A program made the position numbers and the translations under genes. Source: Candidatus Heimdallarchaeota archaeon (GTDB lineage: Archaea; Asgardarchaeota; Heimdallarchaeia; Hodarchaeales; Hodarchaeaceae). Taken from it: a DNA stretch of 64,000 bases. Where the stretch lies: NCBI GenBank assembly GCA_019057635.1, contig DXJL01000104.1:32001-96000 (forward strand), read 5' to 3'. The notes beneath the pieces are model-generated. The model saw only the letters and a list, made by a program, of their open reading frames with translations, did not search any database and was not told where the DNA came from. Positions 28,841-37,995 of this stretch are shown in pieces (the first letter of the stretch is position 1; every line of letters begins with the position of its first letter).

Positions 28841-30523
28841 ATGCCTCGTGGTGGTGGTGGATTTCGAGGCGGCGGAGGGGGCGGTTTTCGCGGTGGTGGT
28901 GGGTTTAGAGGTGGAGGTTTCCGAGGTGGAAGCCGAAGCTTCCGAGTAGGCTCAGTAAGAAGCTCAGGACGTCCATTTGGCCGAACTGGTTCTCGTCGAA
29001 CTGTTTCCCGGGCTCCACGATCTCGTCCAGGAAGAAATTATCATCGCAGACGTCATCGACGTTATTGGGGTGGTTATTATCGGCCATGGTATCGTCGATG
29101 GTGGCATTGGAATTGGTGGTGGGGATATCCATACCGAAGATGGTATTATGCACCTGTTTATTGGGGTGGTGGTGCAGTGTTTGGTATCATTGCCCTACTT
29201 GTAATTTTGCCAATAATTGGTATGGCCTTTATTCCTTATCCATTTGCTAGTAGTAATGCAACTGGAACAGTCACATATCAGGATACACAGACTATTTGGT
29301 ATAATGAGTACTGGTATGAACGAGAACCGATGCAAGAAGATCAAATAATCGATTATAGTGTCGAAGCAACGTCTAAGGTGACGTTTTTAATTTGGGATCA
29401 ACCGTTTGAGAATTTACCGCAAGACCAAGACTTATCTGGGAGCTATTCTGAAAGTATAGTTGTTCAGGCTGATCATGACTATGAATACATTGGGTACTTC
29501 TTAAAGCCTGGTTCTGAATTAACCTACCAATTTAACGTGACCTTAGGCGGTGATATCGAATTCTTTGTTGCTGATGCAAATGCCCTTAATCGTTGGAACA
29601 ATTGGGAGACAATAATACCCGAGGATTCCTACACTGGCTCTGAATCCTATGAGAATAACTTTGTGGTTACCTATGCCCAAGATTGGTACTTAGTATGGTA
29701 CAACCCGACGGCTTCACCAATTCAGATAGATTTTGTAGTAGATTATGTTGCCACGGACAATATTGATATCTCTGCAGCTGAGTATTATATTGAAGATGTC
29801 GAGGATCGACAATCTGATACATTTCCTGTGCCCAGAGATGGCACCTGGTATTTCTTCATATATATGAATCCATTTGTCAACTCTGAAGAATCTGTAGACA
29901 TTACTTTTGAGGTTCGGTATAATACAGAAGTGACTTACGAAGACCATTGGAAGGATGCAAGGCCAGTTTTGTTCATTATAGGCTTTATTGTTGTCCTAGT
30001 TCTCATAGTGGCAGTAGTTCAAAGAAAAAGTTCTAAGAAAAGTGCAATTGCAGCAGCCACGAGTACAGGTACATCATCAACACAGACTGCTACAACTACT
30101 ACGGCCCCGTCACCTCAAAAGACTGAGTGTCATCGATGTAAAGCGGTTTATAGACCAAGTGATGTCTTTTGTACAAATTGTGGGGCTAAACTTCATGGGC
30201 GTGACTATGGTACACCTAAAGCGACAACTCCTGCAAATTCTAAATGGTGTAAAAATTGTGGTGATACTTTGAAGTCAGATAGTCGTTTCTGTAAGAATTG
30301 TGGAACACCAGTCGAGCAGAAGTCCGAATCTCACAAATTTTTCCCTGATGAAAGAAAATCTTTCTTTTGTCAATTAGACAATGAGCAGCATCCCTCAACT
30401 GACTCTGCTTACCAATGTGATCAATGTTCACGAATGGTTTGTGCGAATTGTTATGATGACATCGGAAAAACTGGCATCAGAGTTTGCCCCTATTGTAAAG
30501 GAAATCTAAGTAAAGTTCAATGA
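28841..30523 (+). CDS. Membrane protein: RGG/GAR tail, TM, lumenal beta domain, TM, two zinc ribbons, RING-like Cys cluster
   Basis: ATG at 28841 follows GAGGAGG; repeated FRGGG; CHRC/CTNC and CKNC/CKNC ribbons; C-terminal CQLD..H..CDQC..CANC..CPYC. Confidence 0.88.
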   Translation: MPRGGGGFRGGGGGGFRGGGGFRGGGFRGGSRSFRVGSVRSSGRPFGRTGSRRTVSRAPRSRPGRNYHRRRHRRYWGGYYRPWYRRWWHWNWWWGYPYRRWYYAPVYWGGGAVFGIIALLVILPIIGMAFIPYPFASSNATGTVTYQDTQTIWYNEYWYEREPMQEDQIIDYSVEATSKVTFLIWDQPFENLPQDQDLSGSYSESIVVQADHDYEYIGYFLKPGSELTYQFNVTLGGDIEFFVADANALNRWNNWETIIPEDSYTGSESYENNFVVTYAQDWYLVWYNPTASPIQIDFVVDYVATDNIDISAAEYYIEDVEDRQSDTFPVPRDGTWYFFIYMNPFVNSEESVDITFEVRYNTEVTYEDHWKDARPVLFIIGFIVVLVLIVAVVQRKSSKKSAIAAATSTGTSSTQTATTTTAPSPQKTECHRCKAVYRPSDVFCTNCGAKLHGRDYGTPKATTPANSKWCKNCGDTLKSDSRFCKNCGTPVEQKSESHKFFPDERKSFFCQLDNEQHPSTDSAYQCDQCSRMVCANCYDDIGKTGIRVCPYCKGNLSKVQ

Positions 30524-31512
30524 TTTCCTTTCAAATTCTCTTTTTTCATTTCAGGTATTAAATTGGGGGGTATTAATCCCTTTTCGATTGCAATAATATT
30601 CTCTGCAACCATGATTGCCATTGCTTCACGAGCTTGTTTCGTTGCAGATCCAATATGGGGAGTTAATACTATATTCTTCAATTCGCGCATCTCTTTGGGA
30701 ATTAATGGTTCATTATAGTAGACATCTAGACCCGCACCAGCAATTTTACTTTCACTTAGTGCTTTAATTAGAGCTACTTCATCAATAACCTTCCCGCGCG
30801 ATGTATTAATCAGAAAAGCGTTATTTTTCATCAAATCCAGCTCATTTTCCCCAATAAGGTGATGCGTTTCGTCTGTATATGGTACATGGAGACTTACTAT
30901 ATCACAAGATTCTAATAATTCTTTTAATTTCGGAAGGTATGTCACTTTCATTGATTCGGGTAGATTGTTTGATTTCGAGCGAGAATAATAACAAATTTTC
31001 ATATCAAAACCCGTCCCTCTTTTAGCCACCGCTGAACCAATTCGCCCCATCCCCACGATCCCAAGAGTTTTCCCAGATAATTCATACCCTAGCATGTACT
31101 CAGGTGCCCATCCTGAAAATACAGCTTGTCGACATTCTTGATCCCCTTCAACTATTCTACGTGTAATTGCAAGAATTAAAGCCCAAGTTAGGTCTGCAGT
31201 AGCATTAGTTAAAACATCTGGAGTGTTAGTTACTGGTATACCACATTCAATTGCAACATTGACGTCTATATTATTATAACCGACGGCATAATTCGCAATT
31301 CCCTTCAAATTTGTACAATTTCCTAACAGATTGCTATCTATCCTCACTGATAAAAGAGAGACAAGATAATCAACTGTAGGTAAGATTTTACTCAATTGGA
31401 TATCTGGTGAACTACCAGAATCTAATATAACAACCTCAAAATGGTTCTTTAAAAGTTCTATACCTTTTTTTGGAATTTTATGTGTTAAAAGTACTCGAAT
31501 TTTTCTTTGCAT
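30517..31512 (-). CDS. D-2-hydroxyacid dehydrogenase (glyoxylate reductase-like)
   Basis: AVGYNNID, TNTPDVL, GMGRIG, INTSRG, PHIGSAT. Confidence 0.92.
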   Translation of the reverse strand: MQRKIRVLLTHKIPKKGIELLKNHFEVVILDSGSSPDIQLSKILPTVDYLVSLLSVRIDSNLLGNCTNLKGIANYAVGYNNIDVNVAIECGIPVTNTPDVLTNATADLTWALILAITRRIVEGDQECRQAVFSGWAPEYMLGYELSGKTLGIVGMGRIGSAVAKRGTGFDMKICYYSRSKSNNLPESMKVTYLPKLKELLESCDIVSLHVPYTDETHHLIGENELDLMKNNAFLINTSRGKVIDEVALIKALSESKIAGAGLDVYYNEPLIPKEMRELKNIVLTPHIGSATKQAREAMAIMVAENIIAIEKGLIPPNLIPEMKKENLKGNH

Positions 31513-31558
31513 TTCTAATCATCATTTCTCCATTAAGAGTGATAGTTCAGAACGGTTA

Positions 31559-33187
31559 TTACATAGGATTTGAAGTTCCATCGTGCACACATAATCCTTC
31601 TACATAAGTTTGTTCAATTCTTAATTCCTTTATCTCACTGGAGTTAATTGTAAATGGCGATTTCTCTAAAATAATGAAGTCAGCATATTTACCCTTCATG
31701 ATATTGCCTAATTCATGCTCTACTGAGAGAGCTACTGCATTACTAATAGTATATGCTTTAATTGCCTCCTCAACAGATATATGGATGTCTTTTGAGGGGA
31801 AATTGACTGATTGATGTATCCCAAATAATGGAGAAAGGGGCATATTATCAGAGCCGAAAGATAGATTGGCCCTTAGCTGCAGAATTTTATTAAAACGATT
31901 TAATGAATATATTCTATCTCGTCCGAGCCGTTGCTCATATAATTCTCCAGGATATTGCCATTTCAAGAAATTAGGCTGCATTGACAGTATAATTCCCAAC
32001 TTGTTAGCTCGAACAATTTGAGAATCAGATATCATTTCCGCGTGTTCAATTCTATGTTTTTGTTTTGTAGATGTATTTCCTGCATTAGTTATCCCTTCTT
32101 CAAAGCAATCTAGTAATTTTTCTATTGCCTGATCTCCAATTGCGTGTACACATAGGGTACAATGATTTTCCTCTGCAAACTTAACCTGAGATGCCAAATC
32201 AGCTTCATCTAGAAACTTATCTCCCTTTCCACCTTTATCAACATATTCAAAACTTAACATAGCAGTATGAGATCCTATTGCACCATCAAAAAATCCTTTA
32301 TACCCCGAATATCGTATTTTATTCTTCCCTTGATTTCGACGAATCCCTTTTTTAACATATTCTTCCATTAAATCACGAGTTGGATTCAGAAATACTCGTA
32401 TTGGTATTTCATTATTCATTTCTAGCTCAAAATATTCTTTCAAAATATTTTGTTGTCCTTCTGGCACGATGGTGAGATTATCAACAACAGCGGTTATTCC
32501 TACAGATGCAGCAATCTTACATGAGGCTTTAATACTTTCAGAAATGAGATCTTGGAAATAAGGGGTGAGATTAAGCCAAACATCTTTTAAAACTCCCGTC
32601 GGATGCCCTTCAGCATCTTTCATAACTCCTTTATTCTCTAAAGAAACTGGTAACTGCTCAAGTGCTAGTGAATTTACAACAACAAGATGTCCATCCTCTC
32701 TTTTCATATAAAGTGGATTGTTTTGACTTATCCTATCTAAATCTTTTAATGTGGGAAATTCTTTTTTGTCTAACCAAAAGGATTCATCCCAACCAGAAAG
32801 AAAGACCCACTCTCCAGGTTTTTTTGACTTAACTACGATTTCTACTTTGTTTAAAGTTTCTTTATATGTAGAAATTCCAGTTAAATCGATATTTATTATG
32901 GGGGCTTCAATCCAAAGGTGTGTATGGAGGTCAATAAACCCTGGAAGAACAGTTTTTCCTTCTATATCTATGGAACTGATTGCGTTTTGGATCAATTCTT
33001 CATTATGGTCTCCAACATAACTAAATTTACCATTTGTAATCGCAATCATCTGTGCAGTTTTAAAATTATCGTCAAATGTTACTATATGACCATTATAAAT
33101 CACTGTGTCATTTCGTTCGAGAGTCACTTTCATATTCCTCCTTATCCATATAGCCAACTTCTTGAAATAATGTATGTAAAGAAGCAC
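31559..33187 (-). CDS. Amidohydrolase 3 (YtcJ-like)
   Basis: PGFIDLHTH, DGH, DGAIGSHTA, HAIGD, HRIEH, GSD. The true start is probably the later MKVTLE. Confidence 0.9.
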   Translation of the reverse strand: MLLYIHYFKKLAIWIRRNMKVTLERNDTVIYNGHIVTFDDNFKTAQMIAITNGKFSYVGDHNEELIQNAISSIDIEGKTVLPGFIDLHTHLWIEAPIINIDLTGISTYKETLNKVEIVVKSKKPGEWVFLSGWDESFWLDKKEFPTLKDLDRISQNNPLYMKREDGHLVVVNSLALEQLPVSLENKGVMKDAEGHPTGVLKDVWLNLTPYFQDLISESIKASCKIAASVGITAVVDNLTIVPEGQQNILKEYFELEMNNEIPIRVFLNPTRDLMEEYVKKGIRRNQGKNKIRYSGYKGFFDGAIGSHTAMLSFEYVDKGGKGDKFLDEADLASQVKFAEENHCTLCVHAIGDQAIEKLLDCFEEGITNAGNTSTKQKHRIEHAEMISDSQIVRANKLGIILSMQPNFLKWQYPGELYEQRLGRDRIYSLNRFNKILQLRANLSFGSDNMPLSPLFGIHQSVNFPSKDIHISVEEAIKAYTISNAVALSVEHELGNIMKGKYADFIILEKSPFTINSSEIKELRIEQTYVEGLCVHDGTSNPM

Positions 33188-33280
33188 ATAAGAACTATTA
33201 AAAGTATTTTTCCGATATTTAGTTTAGCAGATCGATACCAGTTAATTTCAAGTGTACGCTGATGCTCATAAGGAAGGCAA

Positions 33281-34330
33281 TTGATATTGGACAACATTGA
33301 TTACAAAATTGTGGAACTTGACATGGGACAGGGAGGAAAGAAAATGGATACTCTCCTTGAATTCATAACAAATCGTATTAAAATAAAAAAAGTTTCTGAT
33401 GAGGGAATTGGAGTTGAATCATTCGATGATGGAGCAATTATTCCCTTACCCAATCGATCAATCGATTTGGTACTCACAACTGATTCTTTTACTGTCTCAC
33501 CATTATTCTTCCGTGGAGGGAATATTGGTACATTAGCCGCAGCTGGTACAATAAATGACCTTCTCATGATGGGAGCCAAACCTATTGCAATGACATTGGC
33601 ACTCGTAATAAGGGAGGGGTTAAAATTCGATGTTCTAGCCAATATTATTGATACAATTGCGGAAATTACCGAAAAATTTAAGATTGCCATAGTTGCAGGT
33701 GATACCAAAGTCATGCCTGTAGGTTCGATGGATGAAACTGGATTAATAATAAATACTACTGGCCTGGGGGAGATACCAGCAGGACAACGAATAACTGACA
33801 GTTCAATTCAACCAGAGGATATTATATTAACAACAGGCACGCTTGGAGATCATGGATTTGCCATGCTTGTGACGCGAGAGGGAATTGAGTTAGAAACAGA
33901 ATTAAAATCTGATGTTGCGCCATTACAATCCTTAATTCAACCCATTTTACAATATCGTATACATGCAATGAAAGATCCTACTCGCGGAGGCCTAACAGGT
34001 GTTTTAACTGAATGGGCAATGAAATCGAAAGTGTCAATTTGGCTTGATGAGAAGTCTCTCCCAATTTCTGATGATGTCCAAATTATTTCTGATATATTTG
34101 GAATTGACCCTTTGCATGTTTCCTGCGAAGGAAAAGCGATCATCGCCGTTCATCCAGAAGATGCTGATAAGGTCTTGAGTTTATTAAGATCTAATCCTTT
34201 AGGCATTCATGCGGCAATTATTGGAAAAGTAAAAAACTCTCGAAAAGGACGAGTATTTCTTAAAACTGTTATAGGTGGACATAGAATATTGGATAAATCT
34301 GTCGGTGAACCGATTCCGCGTGTTTGCTAA
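33281..34330 (+). CDS. hypE: Hydrogenase maturation protein HypE
   Basis: TTDSFTVSPLFF.GG.IG.LA..GT.ND; GDTKV; DPTRGG; C-terminal PRVC. Confidence 0.96.
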   Translation: MILDNIDYKIVELDMGQGGKKMDTLLEFITNRIKIKKVSDEGIGVESFDDGAIIPLPNRSIDLVLTTDSFTVSPLFFRGGNIGTLAAAGTINDLLMMGAKPIAMTLALVIREGLKFDVLANIIDTIAEITEKFKIAIVAGDTKVMPVGSMDETGLIINTTGLGEIPAGQRITDSSIQPEDIILTTGTLGDHGFAMLVTREGIELETELKSDVAPLQSLIQPILQYRIHAMKDPTRGGLTGVLTEWAMKSKVSIWLDEKSLPISDDVQIISDIFGIDPLHVSCEGKAIIAVHPEDADKVLSLLRSNPLGIHAAIIGKVKNSRKGRVFLKTVIGGHRILDKSVGEPIPRVC

Positions 34331-34599
34331 GATTGTTGTAGAGAGTTTCTTCCCTCTTCCTCTGATTTCCAAAGCTCCTCCCAAAGATCTAATGTTTCCT
34401 TCGCTTCTTCTGGAGACATTTTTGAAACAGCATAACCCGTATGAATGAGAATCCAATCTCCAACTTGAAGTTCCTCACCTAATAATGCAATACTTACCTC
34501 TCTTTTCACTCCACGACCGAAATCTGCAATGATAAGATAGTCTTCTAGGAATTCTTGAACTTGTGCTGGTATGGCTAGACACATTGTAGGAGGAACCAT
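34327..34599 (-). CDS. hypC: Hydrogenase chaperone HypC
   Basis: MCLAIPA...VGDWILIHTGYA; the true start is probably at MCLAIP. Confidence 0.95.
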   Translation of the reverse strand: MVPPTMCLAIPAQVQEFLEDYLIIADFGRGVKREVSIALLGEELQVGDWILIHTGYAVSKMSPEEAKETLDLWEELWKSEEEGRNSLQQS

Positions 34600-34735
34600 C
34601 CGAATAATTGGATGAGAGAGATGAAAAATGAGTGAGTAAAAAATATTATGGCCTATTTTTCAAAGGAAGTCTGTTGGAAGCAGTTATTACTCCGTCCGAT
34701 ACCCCATCGATCAATCTCAATATTGAGGTAAGTAT

Positions 34736-37117
34736 GTGTACTGTCAAATCATGATAAATGGTGTGGTTCAAGGTATCGGATTCCGACCATTCGTCTACAA
34801 TCTTGCTGTAAAACACAAATTGTTGGGATTTGTCCTCAATAGAGGAGACGCGGGAGTAGAAATACAAATAAAAGGATCAAGAGAGCAGATAAACACATTT
34901 ATTTATGAACTACAGCATAATAAACCTGCTCTTGCTAGATATGAAAAATTTGAATCTGTTTTAGACTTTGAAGCTATAGATGTACAGAATTTTGATAGTT
35001 TTCGAATTGCTAAAAGCACGTTAACTCGTGGGAATGAAGGATCATATATTCCCCCAGATTTACCGATATGTGACAAATGTATGGACGAAATGGGATTTGA
35101 TCCTCGAAGAATTAATTACCCATTTACATCATGTGTGGACTGTGGTCCAAGGTATTCTGTTATTACCTCCTTACCTTATGATAGGCCTAGAACTGTAATG
35201 GATGAATTTCCATTATGTTCCAAGTGCTTAGCAGAATATACTAATCCAAGCGATAGACGGTTTCATGCTCAAACAACCTGTTGCTGGGATTGCGGACCTC
35301 AATACCAACTACTAGATAATAAGGGGAATCTAGTACTTTCACCTGAAGAATTCAGGAGAAAGGGGAGTTTACCGTCAAAACTTCTTAATGAAGGCAAGAT
35401 AATCGCAATTAAAGGAATTGGCGGTACTCATATTGCATGTAGAACATTGAGTGATGACCCCATCTTAAAGATACGTGATTGGAAAGGTGCCAGAGGAGAA
35501 AAACCCTTTGCAGTAATGTCTAAAAATCGACAAACTACCCAACAATTCGCTCATTGCTCAAAACTTGAAGCAGAATATCTTAATACCCACATCAGACCAA
35601 TTCTACTTTTAAATAAAAATGACAAATACTCTTTATCGAAGCATATCTCACCAAATTTACACAATATAGGTGTGTTATTTCCGTATGCGGGGATACACAT
35701 TACATTATTTGAGGAGATAAATGATCCAGCGTTAGTGATGACTTCTGGTAACCCCTCCAACTTACCGATACTAATTGAAAATGATCAAATCCAAAAAAAC
35801 CTGTCTTCTATCGTAGATTACTTTTTATTACATGATAGACAAATCTTCCAACGTATTGATGATAGTGTATTACGCCTTCATACATTCAATGACCATAAAT
35901 ATCCATTAATTATCCGGAGAAGTAGAGGGTATGTTCCTGAACCAATATCCCTGCCTTGGAAGAACATACATCCGACAGTGATAACGTTAGGAGCAGAAAT
36001 GCATTCTGTTGGTTCTATTGGAGTAGGTAATAGAATTTTTCCAACTCAACATATTGGTCACCTTAGTACGTTAGAAAATATAGAATTTCTCAAATCCAGC
36101 TTAATACATATGAAATCTTTACTCGGAGTTGATAAAATTCAAGGTATTGGCGGCGATTTACACCCACAGTTCTCTTCTACTGCTTTGGGAGAGGAATGGG
36201 CTGAAAAAAACGGAATAAAGTTTTACCAATTTCAACATCATTATGCCCATTTAAGCGCTTTAGCCGTTGATGCAGGTGTGAGTCCTGAAGATAACATTAT
36301 TTGTGCAACGTTAGATGGTACAGGCTATGGAACTGATGGAACTATATGGGGAGGAGAAATATTAATGGGGAATTTCTCAGATTTCAAGAGAGTAGCACAT
36401 CTAGAACCATTAACCATCCCTGGAGGGGACTTAGCAATAAAACAACCTCATCGAGGGTTATTAGCATATCTTCTTTCATTCATGTCTCCAGAGGAGATAA
36501 CTACAAGTATTAATTCACTTCCCTGGTTAAAATGGATAACTAATTTGGAAAATTATTCTCTATTAATTAGTTCCATGAAGAAGCAGATCAAAACCCAGAA
36601 TATTCCAAGACATAACATAACCTCTAGTTGTGGTCGTGTTCTCGACATTCTCAGTGTTATGCTTGGTGTGACTAAATATCGTACTTATGAAGGGGAGCCA
36701 GCGATAAAACTTGAATCATTTGCATGGAAAAAGAATAACGATTCAAAGTTAGAACTAGAAATACCATATAGAGAAAATAATCGAGGTGCAATTGAAATTC
36801 AGACTAAACATCTTTTAAGGGATATTTGGAATAGAATTCAAAAGGATCAGACCAGACATTTATTAGCAGCTGCAGCAGAGAAAGCCCTTGCAAAGACAGT
36901 AGCAGAAGTTTCAATTCTAATGGCGGATAAACATGGCATACACAATATTGGAATGTCTGGGGGAGTGTGCTATAATCAAGCTATATTTTCTGAATTTTAT
37001 CGAAATATAATAAGTGCGGGTAAAAAATACACTTCCATCTATCACAAACAAATCCCATGTGGAGATGGTTGTATATCTATTGGCCAAGTTCCTTTAATCC
37101 AAACTAAATTGATGTAA
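34736..37117 (+). CDS. hypF: Carbamoyltransferase HypF
   Basis: GVVQGIGFRPF; Zn fingers (CDKC, CVDCGPR, CSKC, CWDCGP); KGIGG; QHHYAH; DGTGYG; GDGCISIGQ. Confidence 0.97.
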   Translation: MYCQIMINGVVQGIGFRPFVYNLAVKHKLLGFVLNRGDAGVEIQIKGSREQINTFIYELQHNKPALARYEKFESVLDFEAIDVQNFDSFRIAKSTLTRGNEGSYIPPDLPICDKCMDEMGFDPRRINYPFTSCVDCGPRYSVITSLPYDRPRTVMDEFPLCSKCLAEYTNPSDRRFHAQTTCCWDCGPQYQLLDNKGNLVLSPEEFRRKGSLPSKLLNEGKIIAIKGIGGTHIACRTLSDDPILKIRDWKGARGEKPFAVMSKNRQTTQQFAHCSKLEAEYLNTHIRPILLLNKNDKYSLSKHISPNLHNIGVLFPYAGIHITLFEEINDPALVMTSGNPSNLPILIENDQIQKNLSSIVDYFLLHDRQIFQRIDDSVLRLHTFNDHKYPLIIRRSRGYVPEPISLPWKNIHPTVITLGAEMHSVGSIGVGNRIFPTQHIGHLSTLENIEFLKSSLIHMKSLLGVDKIQGIGGDLHPQFSSTALGEEWAEKNGIKFYQFQHHYAHLSALAVDAGVSPEDNIICATLDGTGYGTDGTIWGGEILMGNFSDFKRVAHLEPLTIPGGDLAIKQPHRGLLAYLLSFMSPEEITTSINSLPWLKWITNLENYSLLISSMKKQIKTQNIPRHNITSSCGRVLDILSVMLGVTKYRTYEGEPAIKLESFAWKKNNDSKLELEIPYRENNRGAIEIQTKHLLRDIWNRIQKDQTRHLLAAAAEKALAKTVAEVSILMADKHGIHNIGMSGGVCYNQAIFSEFYRNIISAGKKYTSIYHKQIPCGDGCISIGQVPLIQTKLM

Positions 37118-37270
37118 ATTTAAAATTTTTATCATATACTCCCCTATATCACCTCTTTAGGAAAATTTAGTCATGAATAGATTTAAATGTTCAATGTCCT
37201 AGAATTTCGTAGAAAGAGGCTACTGTCTAAATTTATTTTCTTTTATCCGCAATAAAGACGTGAAACTATC

Positions 37271-37846
37271 ATGGTTAACCCAGATGATGAAACAAGATCC
37301 TATCAAGATTATTTTGAAGAAGTTTTTGATTCACTGTCATTACTTAAATCACAAATAGATACACCGTTAGAAAAGCCTGATGAGGCTTATAAACAATTAG
37401 GTACTATAGAAGATGTTTTAGAAACTCTATTAAACTGGATAAAATTACAGAAAAATGGTTTACGTAATTTTGATACGATTGTCGATTGGGTGAAGAAATT
37501 AGCAATCGATTCCACTTTGACCAAAGATGAAATTCGTAGTCGTTTACGAATTATTGTTCTCCCTCAAGTTGAATCCTTTACGCAGAATCTCACAACCAAT
37601 GAAAAAAGCGCATTAAAGGTTCTTGATGCTGTAAGCAAAAACTTAGAAGCACTACCTGATTTCTTAAAATCTATTCAGCAGAAAAATTTTAAATTATTAA
37701 CGCTAATTGGTTATGATCCTCAAACGGGTTCTTCTCAACTTGATTTGATGTTTCAAAATCTCTATCAAGGTCGTTTTAATGATTTTCAAAAAGAGCTAGA
37801 CCAGTTAAAAGAGAATCTGATTCCAAGGAAAGATACTTCCGAGTAA
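37271..37846 (+). CDS. Hypothetical helical protein
   Basis: 191-aa ORF, first of a co-oriented run with the coiled-coil, MoxR and vWA genes. Confidence 0.7.
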   Translation: MVNPDDETRSYQDYFEEVFDSLSLLKSQIDTPLEKPDEAYKQLGTIEDVLETLLNWIKLQKNGLRNFDTIVDWVKKLAIDSTLTKDEIRSRLRIIVLPQVESFTQNLTTNEKSALKVLDAVSKNLEALPDFLKSIQQKNFKLLTLIGYDPQTGSSQLDLMFQNLYQGRFNDFQKELDQLKENLIPRKDTSE

Positions 37847-37995
37847 TTTTTTATTCATTTTTCAATAGATATTAAACCGTTATTTTAAAAAGTAAAATCA
37901 TCTATATAGAGATTAAAACCGAAAGTAATAGTAAATTATTTCGATATTACTTCAAATCATCGTATTTCGTAAAATAAAATAGAGGGTTCAGAACT

